DNA of 64,000 nucleotides, from contig QPGO01000169.1 in the NCBI GenBank assembly GCA_008632985.1, positions 62,001 through 126,000 of the forward strand, given 5' to 3'. Source of the DNA: Psammoneis japonica (lineage: Eukaryota). The translations under genes and the position numbers were made by a program. Of this stretch, positions 13,329 to 24,385 are shown piece by piece. The notes beneath the pieces are model-generated. The model was not told the DNA's origin, did not search any database, and worked only from the letters and a program-made list of their open reading frames with translations. Position 1 is the first letter of the stretch. Each line of letters opens with the position of its first letter.

Positions 13329-15472
13329 TTTTCTCTAATTCCATCCACTTCCAACTTTTGTTCATGGTCAACATTCAATGCCGCTGCTGACATTGGAGTA
13401 ATACGAGTACCAACAACATGGATGCACAACGCAATGCCATTGAAGGGGAGGATGTGGATGATTTAGAGCAACAGGACATTGCTCCTGATGATGTGCTCAA
13501 CGGCGCAGGAGTTCCCGCCACAGAAAATCCCCTGACAGGTTCCGTCCAAATGGGGCGATGCATGTCTACGAACAGAGAGCAATGCCGATAAGACCGAGAG
13601 ATGTGACGAATGTTAACAATTCTCGATGTTTACAAAAAGACGATGAAAACGGCATGGCATGGATGTGTCTGCATTCATCAAATGACGGCGACATTGCTCG
13701 TTGTGATGCGTCAGACTGACTCTTCATGATGCTGTTTTTTTTCATTAAATCCCAACTCGAAAGAAGAAGACAAAGAGGAAGATGAAGACGAGGAAAAGCA
13801 TGACACAATGAAGACAATGAGGAGGAGGAGGACGATGAAGACGACAAGGAGGAGGAGAGGAGGAGGAGTGCGGTGAGGACGATGACCGCAAGGAAGACAA
13901 GGACCGCGAAAGCGAACAAGACAAGAACAACAAAGAGGACGAGGGGACCCACTGGCAAGATGTGGACAAAAATCAGAAAGGAAAATCCTGGGTTGCCTTC
14001 AATCAAGGGTTCCACCAAGATCCATTCTCACCCTCAGTTCTGCTCACTCTCTGACAAGCTCCAGAAAGCACTCAAAAACAAATTTCCAGTTTAGATGCCA
14101 AAATTCCCTTGGAGAACAAACCTGAAGACACTCAAGAAGCTGGTGTGTCCAGATTTGATGCCACCCAAAGGAGAGCCAAAAAAGTGCGTAAAATGAAGAT
14201 GGCATCTGGAGAAGAACATCAGCATGAGGTTTTGCGTTGCACCCCCTCGGAATTTGCATCCCTGCCAGCCAAGCACCAGGATCCAGTCCAAAAACACTGC
14301 TGCAGCAGTCTTCCACTGACAAGCAATTTGTCAAAAAGGAACAGAAAAAATGCATGTCACAGACAGAGATGTGAGTTCAATGCCAAGAAAGCAAATGGAG
14401 TCATTTCAAAAGATGAAAAATTCTAGTTTGATTGCAATGAGGAAGAAGAACAAGCCCGTCGTGCTTGGCAGACACCCAGAAAAAAAAACTCCCAGTGTTC
14501 TCAGCATGCAAGATGTTGTGGCCAAAACACTCATGTCCTGTGGCCTTGTTCATGAAGCTTTGCCACCCACAGGTGATTGGCAACGTGGCTTGTCCTTGTT
14601 CAAACATTTTTTTTTGGGATTCTGACTTCAGCACCCGTGCCACCAGCAAATTTGTTCTCCGCGAAGACTGCAAATCGTTCCCAAAACTCAAACAGGCATT
14701 GCTCTGCCATTGCAGGCCATGGAGTGTCCCAAAAATTTATCGAAGCAAAGCGAGCAAGGTGTCTGCCAAGACACAGAAGAAAAGGAAGAAAAATGGCGAT
14801 TTTGCGGCGACAAAGAAGAAAAGGAAGAAGAGCGATGATTCTTCTTTTGTTGAGCAACAGCAGCATTGTCGAGAACGGGCACATCTGTTTGCAAAGCATG
14901 GCTGCAATGGCAGCGGTGAGTTTTGCCACCAATGCAAAGCTTGGATTAAAAGGTCACTTCTGAGAAAAGGGAAGATTTCAAGACGATCATGAGTGGGTTG
15001 GAGGGGAGTCACTGTGGGCACTGTGGAAGGTGCATCATTGGCGGAACTCAACAACAAATGTGTGACCTCCCTCAAGTGGAGCAACACCTCAACATGCACT
15101 GGTGAGATCAAAAAACTCTTGTCTGCTTTTTTCTTGTTAAATTGACTCAAACCTTGCCATGCTTTCTTGTTCTGTCCTGCATTCTCCTGTTCAAAGTTCT
15201 CACAGACTCGAATTCACTGGGATCTCTGAGTCTGGGAACAAGTGGAGGCACACATCACATCTCAAATCAAAAGAGGGTCTTGCGGACAAGATGGCATGCA
15301 ATGAACAAAAAAGAAGATGTTTGTCTTGGAAGAGTGCACCAAGTGGCAAAGTGAAGATTTCACCAAAGCTCCGAACTGGCCTTCTGAGTGGGCCCACATT
15401 GAAGATCCAGGACATGTCAAGCTTGATTTGGCACTTCAAGGGATGGATGCAATCCCTGACGGCATGAACGAA

Positions 15473-15594
15473 GAAGACTGCAACGGGTCGAGCAAGACCA
15501 GGGAAGACTGCAGTGGGTTCAACGATGACGGGGAAGACTGCAATGGGTCGAGCGAGACTGGGGAAGACTCTGCAATGGGTTCAACAATGATGGG
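15473..15594 (+). repeat. 30-bp tandem repeat, about 4 units, arranged as a 60-bp ABAB higher-order unit
   Basis: Units: gaagactgcaacgggtcgagcaagaccagg / gaagactgcagtgggttcaacgatgacggg / gaagactgcaatgggtcgagcgagactggg / gaagactctgcaatgggttcaacaatgatggg. Confidence 0.85.
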
Positions 15595-15817
15595 TGCATG
15601 ATCCAGCCAGTCGTGCAGACATTTTGCACATTCAACACCATTTGGAGCAAATGCAAACACAGCAAAAATGACATGAGCCCTTCTTGCACCACAAAACTGG
15701 AAACGCCAGTCGCGCAAAACTCAGAGCTTTGCATTTCAAAAAGTCATCATCCACCACAGTGTGCTCTGTGTTGCTTTTTCAAAATTGAACGCCTGTGCAA
15801 GAACATGTTCGTTTGTC

Positions 15818-17164
15818 ATGTTTGAGGTGTTTCCTGGGCACAACGCACCTCCAATGAGTGAGTCAGCTGTGCAACTGCCATCTTTGGCACACAGTGTTGG
15901 TTGTGACTGTCACGTGATGCAAATTTGAAGCACCAACGAAACCCCATTTGTGAAAGATCCCCGCGAGGAAGCATCGGCATTCATGGCCATGACTCCAGTC
16001 AATGCCTGACACAAGCAAGTGTCCACAAGCTGTCTCAGAGACATGAGAAGGAAGTTGAGTCAATTGCTGCAGGAGACTTTGACGGAGATGGTTTGGCAGA
16101 TGTTGCTGTCCTGTGGGGGAAGAAACCAAATTTCCATCTCTCGTCAAACAAAAAGGATCGATGCAGTCTTGTTTCTGATGAAACACAACACTGCACATGT
16201 CTTCATGATTTGGGTCAGGTGGACAAAGTGGCAAATCTATCTCGTTGCGGTCATGGCGGCACAGTTGGGATGCAATTCTTTGACTTCAACCTTGACGGAA
16301 AGGAAGATGTGCTGGTGCAAGTTGTGCTTGGCGACACTTTTGCTTCTGTGTCCTTTTTGTTCAAAAATGTCTGATGTGCACTTCTGTGTCAATGTTGGGC
16401 CAAAGGGTTTGCCGCGATCCAGGGAAGCACTGCATTCATGAGCAAATGTCTGATGGGACCTGGAGGGAGATGATGGGTCCGAATGGTCGGGAGTTTGAAT
16501 TTGGGGTGCTCAATGAAGAGGACTTGCCAATGGGTGGAAATCACTTCTGTGATGGAGTGCCAACTTCAATGGCACAGCTGCAATGTGAAAACCAATTTAG
16601 CAAAGAAGAGTGCAGATGTGCCAAATGCACGAATCAGCTTGCAATGTGCAGCATGCAAGCCGACAACCAAAACAAGCCAAATGTGACCACTCTCAGTGCA
16701 ACTGTTGCTGACATTGACAATGATGGTCTTGCAGACATTGTTCTTGGGTGCCGAGTGGGGATGACAGAGATGCTTTGCAAAACATGCGGAGACACCAGGA
16801 GAAGAAAATTCATTGCTTTACAACTTGACAAAAAGAACAGGGCAGCAGCAACAGCGGGTGCAGTTGTGCAGTTGAAAGCTGATCGAATGGGTCACACTCA
16901 AATGAGACAATGACACAGACCCAAATCATCAGCTTGCTGAGCCACCAAACTGACTCCAGTGGCGGCACCAAGGACCACTTGACATTTGGTCTTGGAAAGC
17001 AAGGACCAACGCAAAAAATCACGGTGCACTGGCCAAGCTGTTGCCAGCCAACGTACCTTGTTGCATGACAGGAAGAGTTGTGGAAAAAACGGAACTCAAT
17101 GATTGATCCGTGTGAAGTGGCTGCTCCAGAAAACTGTGACAAGAGCTGTTTCTCACCCTCCTGA
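15818..17164 (+). pseudogene. FG-GAP / ASPIC-UnbV pseudogene A (internally deleted, hypermutated)
   Basis: Starts MFEVFPGHNAPPMSESAVQLP, jumps to the middle of the gene (GDFDGDGLADVAVLW, DFNLDGKEDVLV), retains an intron with a dead GCAAGT donor at 16317, and ends ...PCEVAAPENCDKSCF. Several frameshifts. Confidence 0.9.
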
Positions 17165-17189
17165 TTTTCATTTGAGATGTGGGCAGGAT

Positions 17190-17455
17190 GACGGGCCAGG
17201 TCACTCATGCCTCTCAACAATGGAGATCGCAGCCTTCAAAAAGACAAAAACAGGGAGGACCGGCTTTGCGGAGTGCGCAAGTGAGTTGGTTTTCATCGTT
17301 GTCTGTTCCTTGCCACACTGCAATTTCATGTGTGATTGTGTGCTGACCAAAACACATTTGCACTCTGCTTCTGGCCATGGCAACAGCAGTTGCTGATGTC
17401 AATGGAGACCGCGAGGGAGACAGTTGTTCCAAGTGGCTGTGAAAGTTGTGGCAAA
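17190..17455 (+). pseudogene. Displaced internal fragment of an FG-GAP gene, including an intron
   Basis: Resembles copy 2 RPGQLYLNNGNRTFQK...GFVEFA. It is followed by a GTGAG donor at 17281 and then DVNGD...VPSGCE. Confidence 0.7.
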
Positions 17456-19959
17456 CCCAACCCACGAGACAACACGAGCCTCCAGAGCCAGTGGAGAGTG
17501 TGATGCCACATGCAGCGCCAAACTCCAGCAGTGGAACAATGTGAGAGGCTGGGGCAGCAGCCTGCAGTGTCGCGAAACTGTTTTTAGTGACTCATTGAAA
17601 AAATGCTGAATTCCTTGCATTTTACGGCACAGTCACAACTGAGACATCAGTCATCATTCGTTGTTGGCAATTGGCAATGACAATCATTGGAAAGTGATGG
17701 CAGTCATCAAATCAGTGAAGAGGAGGGGAGTGATGATGACCAGCCAGAAAACAGAGTGACCCCAGACACAAAACAAAAACTGCATTGCGGCAACTGCACA
17801 AACCAAACTGGTGCTCAGTCATTTGGATGGCTGCTTCCTGTGCAACAAAAACACACTCAACAGACTGTGGGCAGTTGGGGCATTTGAGTGCAAGACCGAA
17901 GATGCTCAAATGAAATGGACTCAATGAAATTTGGTTTGCAGACACAACCTGTTCAACCAGCTGGCAAAAAACATTTTGGTGTGGCAGCGGCTGCATTCCA
18001 GCCCCAGGCAGGACTCTGTGTGACATGGACCCACGGAGTTTTGCAAAAGAGCACACAGCAAAAACATTGGGTGGCTGACAATGTGCAGACAATCGCCAAC
18101 AGAAAAAGAGAAGCAATTTGTGAACACACAAACTTGCCCATGCTTGCAGTGCATTGTTTCTGGTTTGCCCTGGTGTTTTCTTCTTTTCACATGTCAAAGG
18201 AAGCATCCAGCCCATTTTGCTTGTGTCACAAATGGGCAAAACAGAGGAGAAAGCACTCAGCTTCACAAAACAAAGAGTGCAAAACAGCTTTGAAAAAAGA
18301 GCACATGTGGAAACATGTTCACATGCAACACATGTGGTGCATGATTGAAAAAAGAACATTTGTGCCACAGTCCAGAAGCAGCAGCATGAGGCTGCACCCT
18401 GGGACCTGGAGCACATCTGCCAGACAGAACCTTTTTGCACTTGGGGTGACAAATTCCACCATGTGGAAATGGGTGGGCAGCTGTCAGATTGTTCATCTCC
18501 TGGCAGATGAAAAAAGGCGGAATGCATGGAGGCCAAATCAGTGAAGGTTTCTCAGTTTCTTGCAGGGCCACGGACACCCAGCAGCATTGGGTGTGATGTG
18601 TTCCAGCTGTGCAAACCCCCACCCCAGCTGCACACCAAAAACAACATGGCTTCTGACTTGCAAGCGAGCTCTCAGCCACCACCAAAAAGTGCAGATGTTT
18701 GCCCAAATGCTGGTGTTTTGTGACACTGACAGTGCCAGTCTTGCAATGTTGCTGTTTTTGTGCTGTCAATGTTTTCATTGAAACAAATGAGTTGCAACAC
18801 AGCAGATCATTTTTGACCAAAATCTTGAAGATTTGTGCACACCGTTGTTGTTTCTTGGGTGTTGACACAAAATGCTTGTTTGTGAGGTTTTTGGAAGGTG
18901 TTTCACCTGTGATGGTTTCATTGCACCAATGCACTGCTCATGCAATTGTTGCTGATTTCACAGAAGAAATTGTGGTGCTGCATGACCTGTGAAAACTTGG
19001 ACACCAATGAAAACATTGTTTGGCTGTCCATGCTCCAGACAACAGTGAAAGCTGTGAGCACAGCCACGTTCAAAGAAGTGGAATGTTGTTTTGTGTGCCA
19101 CCTGGGGCTGGAGCATGTTGCACCCTGGCACGTGAAAAGTGCCATCATGTTCTGGTGCAACTGATCAGAAAGAAAGAAAAAGGACAAAAATGTGACAAAA
19201 TTCATGATGAAAGGTCCACTTGCTGCCCTTCCCATCCAACATTTGACACCAAAGTGCACTTGAGCAGGAAAGCAATTTCAGCTGCTCTTTTAAAAAATCA
19301 AACTGGCCAGCAACGCAAAAGGTTTGGACTCCTCTTTCACATTGCTTGGCCTTTTGTCCAATCCAGCAGCACCCATTTGGGCATGTTGATGTGTGTGTCA
19401 ATGCATCAGCAAAACATGAGCATCACGATTGTCTTTGCTGAATCTTTTCTGGACCATTTTGCATTTCACACAGGGATTGATGTCATTGCCCCTGCTTGGC
19501 GCAGTGCCAGAAGAGTTTCTTGACAGAATGTGGTTGAGAATGATGGCAACAAGCCCCAAGCCAGAGGGAGTGGAGAGCAAGCCCACCTCCTCTGGACCCA
19601 CCACAGCTTGATGTGAGAGTTGCTCCAAGGAGTTGTCATCAGTTGCAAGTCAGTGAGAAAACAGTTTTGTTTTGGTGTTGTTGAAAATGGCAGGGGCAGT
19701 CTGCATTTTTCCCAAATGGTGGGGTGGTTGTTGCTTGTCATTGCACAGTTTTCTGCCATCTCCCAGAGACACATCAAATTCGCCAACCCACCCTTTTTGC
19801 ACCCTGCAGACAGACATGTCTTGCTCTCTTCCTCCATGTGCAACAATTTAAAAAAACCAACTTCAACAAAATCTCAGTCAATCATGGAAGAGAGATGAGC
19901 TCTTGCCCCTTGTGTGCAACAGACCACTTGGTCAATCTTGCAGAACAATGTGGATCCTG

Positions 19960-20580
19960 AGGGAGGGCTGGGATGAGTTTTTTCAAGACTGCAATCTAGA
20001 TGGTTGCGTTGACATGCTGATTGTGTGCAAAGATCCTTCAAGACATCACATCTGTGAGTGCACAAGACTGATGGATTGTGGCAGCCAGTGGATGGGGCAT
20101 TGGGTTCATGACTGAACCCACAATTGATGCTGCCTGCAAGCTGCTGGGAACAACCAAAGTGTGCAAATGTGAGCCACAAGTTCTGGCCCACAATCCTCAA
20201 GCCATGACTCCATTGCAAAAACATCCAGCACTGCCACAGCCAATGTGAATGACCAAAGTGCACAAATGTGCACCACAAATTTTGACCCACAATCTTCAAG
20301 CCACAACTCTGGCTGTTGCAAAAACATCTGGTGCCAGCACATCCAATGCAAACAACAATGGGTTTGTGGATCTCATTTTGAGGTGCAAGTTTGGAAGCAG
20401 CATCATCATGCTGCACAGCGCACATGGAGACCAATCAAGAAACAGTTCTTCCCCTTGTGTTTGCACAGGACTGCAAGGGCTAGAGACACTGGTGTGTGTG
20501 ATTGTGCAGCTCAACACTGGCAGAGGGGATCTGAACACCAAAAATGAGGCTGCAAGCCAAACTTGGGTGACTGGCTTGTT
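19960..20580 (+). pseudogene. FG-GAP / ASPIC-UnbV pseudogene B (heavily decayed 3' part)
   Basis: DCNLDGCVDMLIVCKDPSRHHICE and NNGFVDLILRCKFGSSIIMLHSAHGDQSRN align with DFNLDGxxDMLxVCKxPGRHRIYE and DNDGxxDIILGxxFGSxxxxRNxxGDxxxN of the intact copies. Confidence 0.75.
20153..20352 (+). repeat. ~99-bp tandem duplication (2 units)
   Basis: Units start accaaagtg at 20153 and 20252 and share ccacaatc.tcaagcca and ttgcaaaaacatc. Confidence 0.8.
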
Positions 20581-21825
20581 CCAGCCCTGGTGGGTGGGAG
20601 CTTGCTCTGCTGCTGGGCTGATTTTTTGTTTTTGTGCCACATTCAGTGCATGTGCATTTCTGCTTGACTTTGGTGGATTTTGTGTCACTTTGCAGTGCCC
20701 CAATTGGGCAATCCAATGAACAGCTTTTTGACTTTTTCTTTGAGTGTGAAGAGGAGGCGTGGCTGTGCTGCAAATTTGGTCCTTCACTTGGGCATGAAAG
20801 ACAAGTGCACCAAGGTCTCCACAGGCCTGCATCTCATGGAGTGATTTCCACCAAGGGATGAGGTGCACTCACATGCAGCCCCACCCAGGGCTGCTTGGAC
20901 ACATCAGCGCCAGAGCTTGCTGTCAAATGGCCTGCAGCTGTGTGCCCCGAGATGGTCTTTGATGTTTGATGGCTCAAGGAAAGGTGTTTGCTGCACAAAG
21001 TTGTCACTTCACAGAAATGTGGAACACACTGCTTTGAGAAGAAAAATGAACTGCAGGCATTTTGTCACGCACATGGATTTGGGCCAAAAGTGCAGCATGA
21101 TGGCAGGGTGCTGGCCACCTGGTGGTTTGAAGCTGAGCACAGCAAGTGCAGCATGTGCCAACACTTCACAGGCAGAGTGAGGTGCAAGCTTCTCCTGAGA
21201 AAAAAGCTGATCATGTTGATGATGTGCACCAGAGCGAAGATGCAAAGAAGACCTCCACTTCCTCTGCTCCTCCTCAGTGGCATCTGAAGCCCAGCTCAGC
21301 GAAAGTTGCGAGGCACTCTCGTCCGTGCTGCAGAATCTACGGCACGTTGCCGGTGGCTGCACGGCTTGCGGGAGCCTGCGTGCGTGGTTGCGGTTGGCGG
21401 GCTTCGTCTCGCTTTCAGCTTTCGTCTTTCGTGTTCCGTGTTCACACAGAGCCGGCCCGCAGAGCGAGCATGATGATGCAGTGCAGCAGCGACAACCAAC
21501 AAAAATTCAGTGCGGTACGAGAGGCCGGGGCAAGCGCGTCGCGAAACTATGTTTAGCAACTTTCTGACGGAAACAAAAAAAATCCTTATTAACAGTCATT
21601 TGTTGGCAATAACAAAAGGGAATTTTTTGTGCATGACTTTTCTTACTATCTCTCCATCTGCACGCGAAGTGACATTTTTCGCTCTTCAGTCAGAGGTAGG
21701 TACTCGTCAAAACTTCAAAGCCCCTCACATTTTCACCTGCATGCGCCGCATGAGCAAAAATAGAGCTCGCCTAGCTCCACCCATACCCACGGAAACTGGT
21801 CAACTCATTTTTTAAATGAGGTGCA

Positions 21826-24213
21826 ATGTTCGAATTACTTCGTGGGTACAATGAAGCTCCCATGACTGACTTAGCCATGCAGCTTCCGATGCTAAATCAC
21901 GGATCTCCGCATGCACCTGACTGGAATGGCGATGGATTTCTTGATCTGTGGCACCATAATCATTATTCGTTCAGCGGGGATACAATTAGATGGTCTGATC
22001 CAAGTACAGAGAAAAAGGGTCCAGATAGCACTCCAGGCGGGTGCATGGTTGACTGGGACGCTGTGTTGCGGAACGGGGACACGGGGACGTACTCTGCGCC
22101 CGAACATGGCTTTATTTCGTGGGCTGACGATGTTTCTGACTGGTGTGTAAGTTAATTTCGGTGACAAAAAAGTTACGTTTCGTTGTCAACGTCGTTCTCT
22201 CACAGTGTGTTTGACATTCCAGTTCGACGTACATTCCACCTCCTTTCTTGACATCGATAACGACGGCGTGAAAGACTTGTTTGTGACCACAGGGGGCGGC
22301 AAAGGTTTCGGAAACTCCTTTCGATACAATAACTTGCTCTTCTGGGGAGAGAGGACAAACTCGACAGTTGGATTGCGTCTTAAAGGAGGTAGACAAGCAG
22401 CCAAGAAGGTTGGTTTGGAAGGCCGTGATCACAGAGGGAACGAGAGAGGCCGTCATCAATACTGGATGGACGCCAACGGGGACGGACTTTTGGATGTAGT
22501 AACACTCACCGAAGAGAACAAGGCAGATTCGATAAAGCCTGGAAAGCTCTATCAAAACTTAAATGGAAGAAAGTTTGTTGAAGTTGAACATTTTGGAGGG
22601 AAGGATTTCGCGGAATTCGCGGAAATGGCAATGTACGTTTCGCATTTCGTGAAGTTAGAGTCGTGTGTAACTCGTTACTTTGTCCAGTTGCTGGACTACA
22701 CGCGGTTTGTTTCCAAGTCTTCTTACGCTTTTCTCTTCCTTTTTCACTAAAAGACTCACAGATATTGATGGCGATGGCTACGCTCGTGAGTAGCCCTTTT
22801 GTTCTGCAGCTGCATCTTGGAAGGCCTTCTGCAAGGCTGATCCATAGGCATCCGTCACAAACAAGACTCGCTCAACCTTTCCATTGCCCCTTTTTCGTTC
22901 TTTTCGTTTCGTTCAGGAGAGTTTCTTGTGCCTTCAAACTGCGAGCCGCGCAGCTGTGAGAACGAGGGCGTACCTCGTCGAGAAAACTTCGTTTGTAGAA
23001 GGGCGCCTCGCGGAAGCATTACAGTGTATAAAATGGACCCCGAGAAAGCATTAATTCGAGAAGAGACGTCTCGGCCTGCGAAAGCCTGTGACTTTGTGCG
23101 ATCAATAGCCACAGGGGATTGGGATAATGACGGAATTGCAGACATTGCCATCCTTTTGGTTAAGGAAGTGCATTTTCATTTCTCGACGACAAGACTCAAA
23201 CGATGTAAGCGCACCATCGATGAAAGAGAACGTAAAAAATGTCCCTACATTTTGGGCAAACCAAATGGCAAGATAAACCTCAAATCCGCTTGTGGCGAAG
23301 AGGGGGCAGCAGGTATCCATTTTGCAGATTTCAATCTCGACGGAAAGGAGGATATGCTTGTGTACGTAAACTATTTCAATCCCATCCCTTACTTCACCAC
23401 CTCATCCTCTTACTCACGACTCCTCCTCCTCCTCCTCCTCCTAGTGTTTGCAAGATACCTGGTCTTCATTTCATCTATGAGCAGATATCAAAGCGCACCT
23501 GGAAAGTCATTAAGGATAGTACGGGAAAGCGAGCTGATTTTGGCGATCTCAATGACGCGTCGTTGACATCTGGTGGGTCAAAGTTCTGTGAAGGCGTACC
23601 AATTTCCAAAACGAGCTCAGCGAGGCGTTGTAAGCAACCGTTTCATAGCCCTGAGGAATGCAAACACGTGCGCTATAACCAGCAATACGTTATTTGCAAC
23701 ATGATAGCAAAAAATCAAAATCAAACCGTTGCCAGGGCTTTTAATCCCACCGTTGTTGACATTGACAACGACGGATATCAGGATATTATAATTGGGCACA
23801 AATTTGGCAGTACGGTGATAGTCCGAAACACATTCGGGGACTCCGATCCAAACAGATTCTTTTTGGTACGATTAGACAGAACGGCTGGAGCTGCGGCAGC
23901 CATTGGGGCGGTTGTCAAAGTTCGCTGCGACCGAATGGGACCAAACGGCAACGAAATAATAACGCAGACTCGTGTTCTCAGCTCCCTTGGACATGGCGCC
24001 AACGCTGAATCCGGCAACGAGGATAGATTGATATTTGGGCTTGGAAAGAAAGGAAGGGTCAAAAGACTCACAATACATTGGCCTCACTGTTGCGAACCAA
24101 CAGTCATTTCTCGTCACAATGATACCAAGCTTTTTAATTGGAAGAGCTCAAATATGATGGAACCGTTTGAGATATTCCCACCTGAGAATTGTGACAACAG
24201 TTGCTGGTTGTAA
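21826..24213 (+). CDS. FG-GAP / ASPIC-UnbV protein, copy 3; exons 21826-22146, 22223-22632, 22754-22785, 22917-23361, 23445-24213
   Basis: Same motif order as copy 1. Four phase-consistent GT-AG introns and a 32-nt micro-exon encoding LTDIDGDGYA. Confidence 0.88.
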
Positions 24214-24385
24214 TTAGGTTAATATCTCTAGACTAGGAAGCCAAAAGAATCACCAACTTAGTCTCGCTATCTCCGTAGTCAAATCCCTATGCTGCCTTTA
24301 AACATAACGATCAACCCAGGATAGCCAACGATACAAAAACTATCCCTAACAAGATTAATCTGTCTTTTGCTGCTAACAATGGCAC

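Larger units (their letters stand above)
13330..21290. other. TpA/CpG-depleted hypermutated domain containing decayed ORFs and two FG-GAP pseudogenes
   Basis: TA is nearly absent, TG/CA is abundant, and many overlapping Cys/His-rich, Tyr-poor spurious ORFs occur. Boundaries are approximate. Confidence 0.85.

Noticed and set aside
15473..15594. CRISPR array (also considered for 26755-26837 and 27471-27561)
   Set aside because: These are contiguous tandem units or a single repeat pair with no series of unique spacers. The context is eukaryotic and no cas genes are present.
13330..21290. Classical fungal RIP
   Set aside because: RIP produces TpA from CpA and raises AT content. Here TpA is lost and CpA/TpG is gained.
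23420..23443. Poly-Pro or poly-Leu tract in FG-GAP copy 3
   Set aside because: The (CCT)n microsatellite lies in intron 23362-23444 as its pyrimidine tract.
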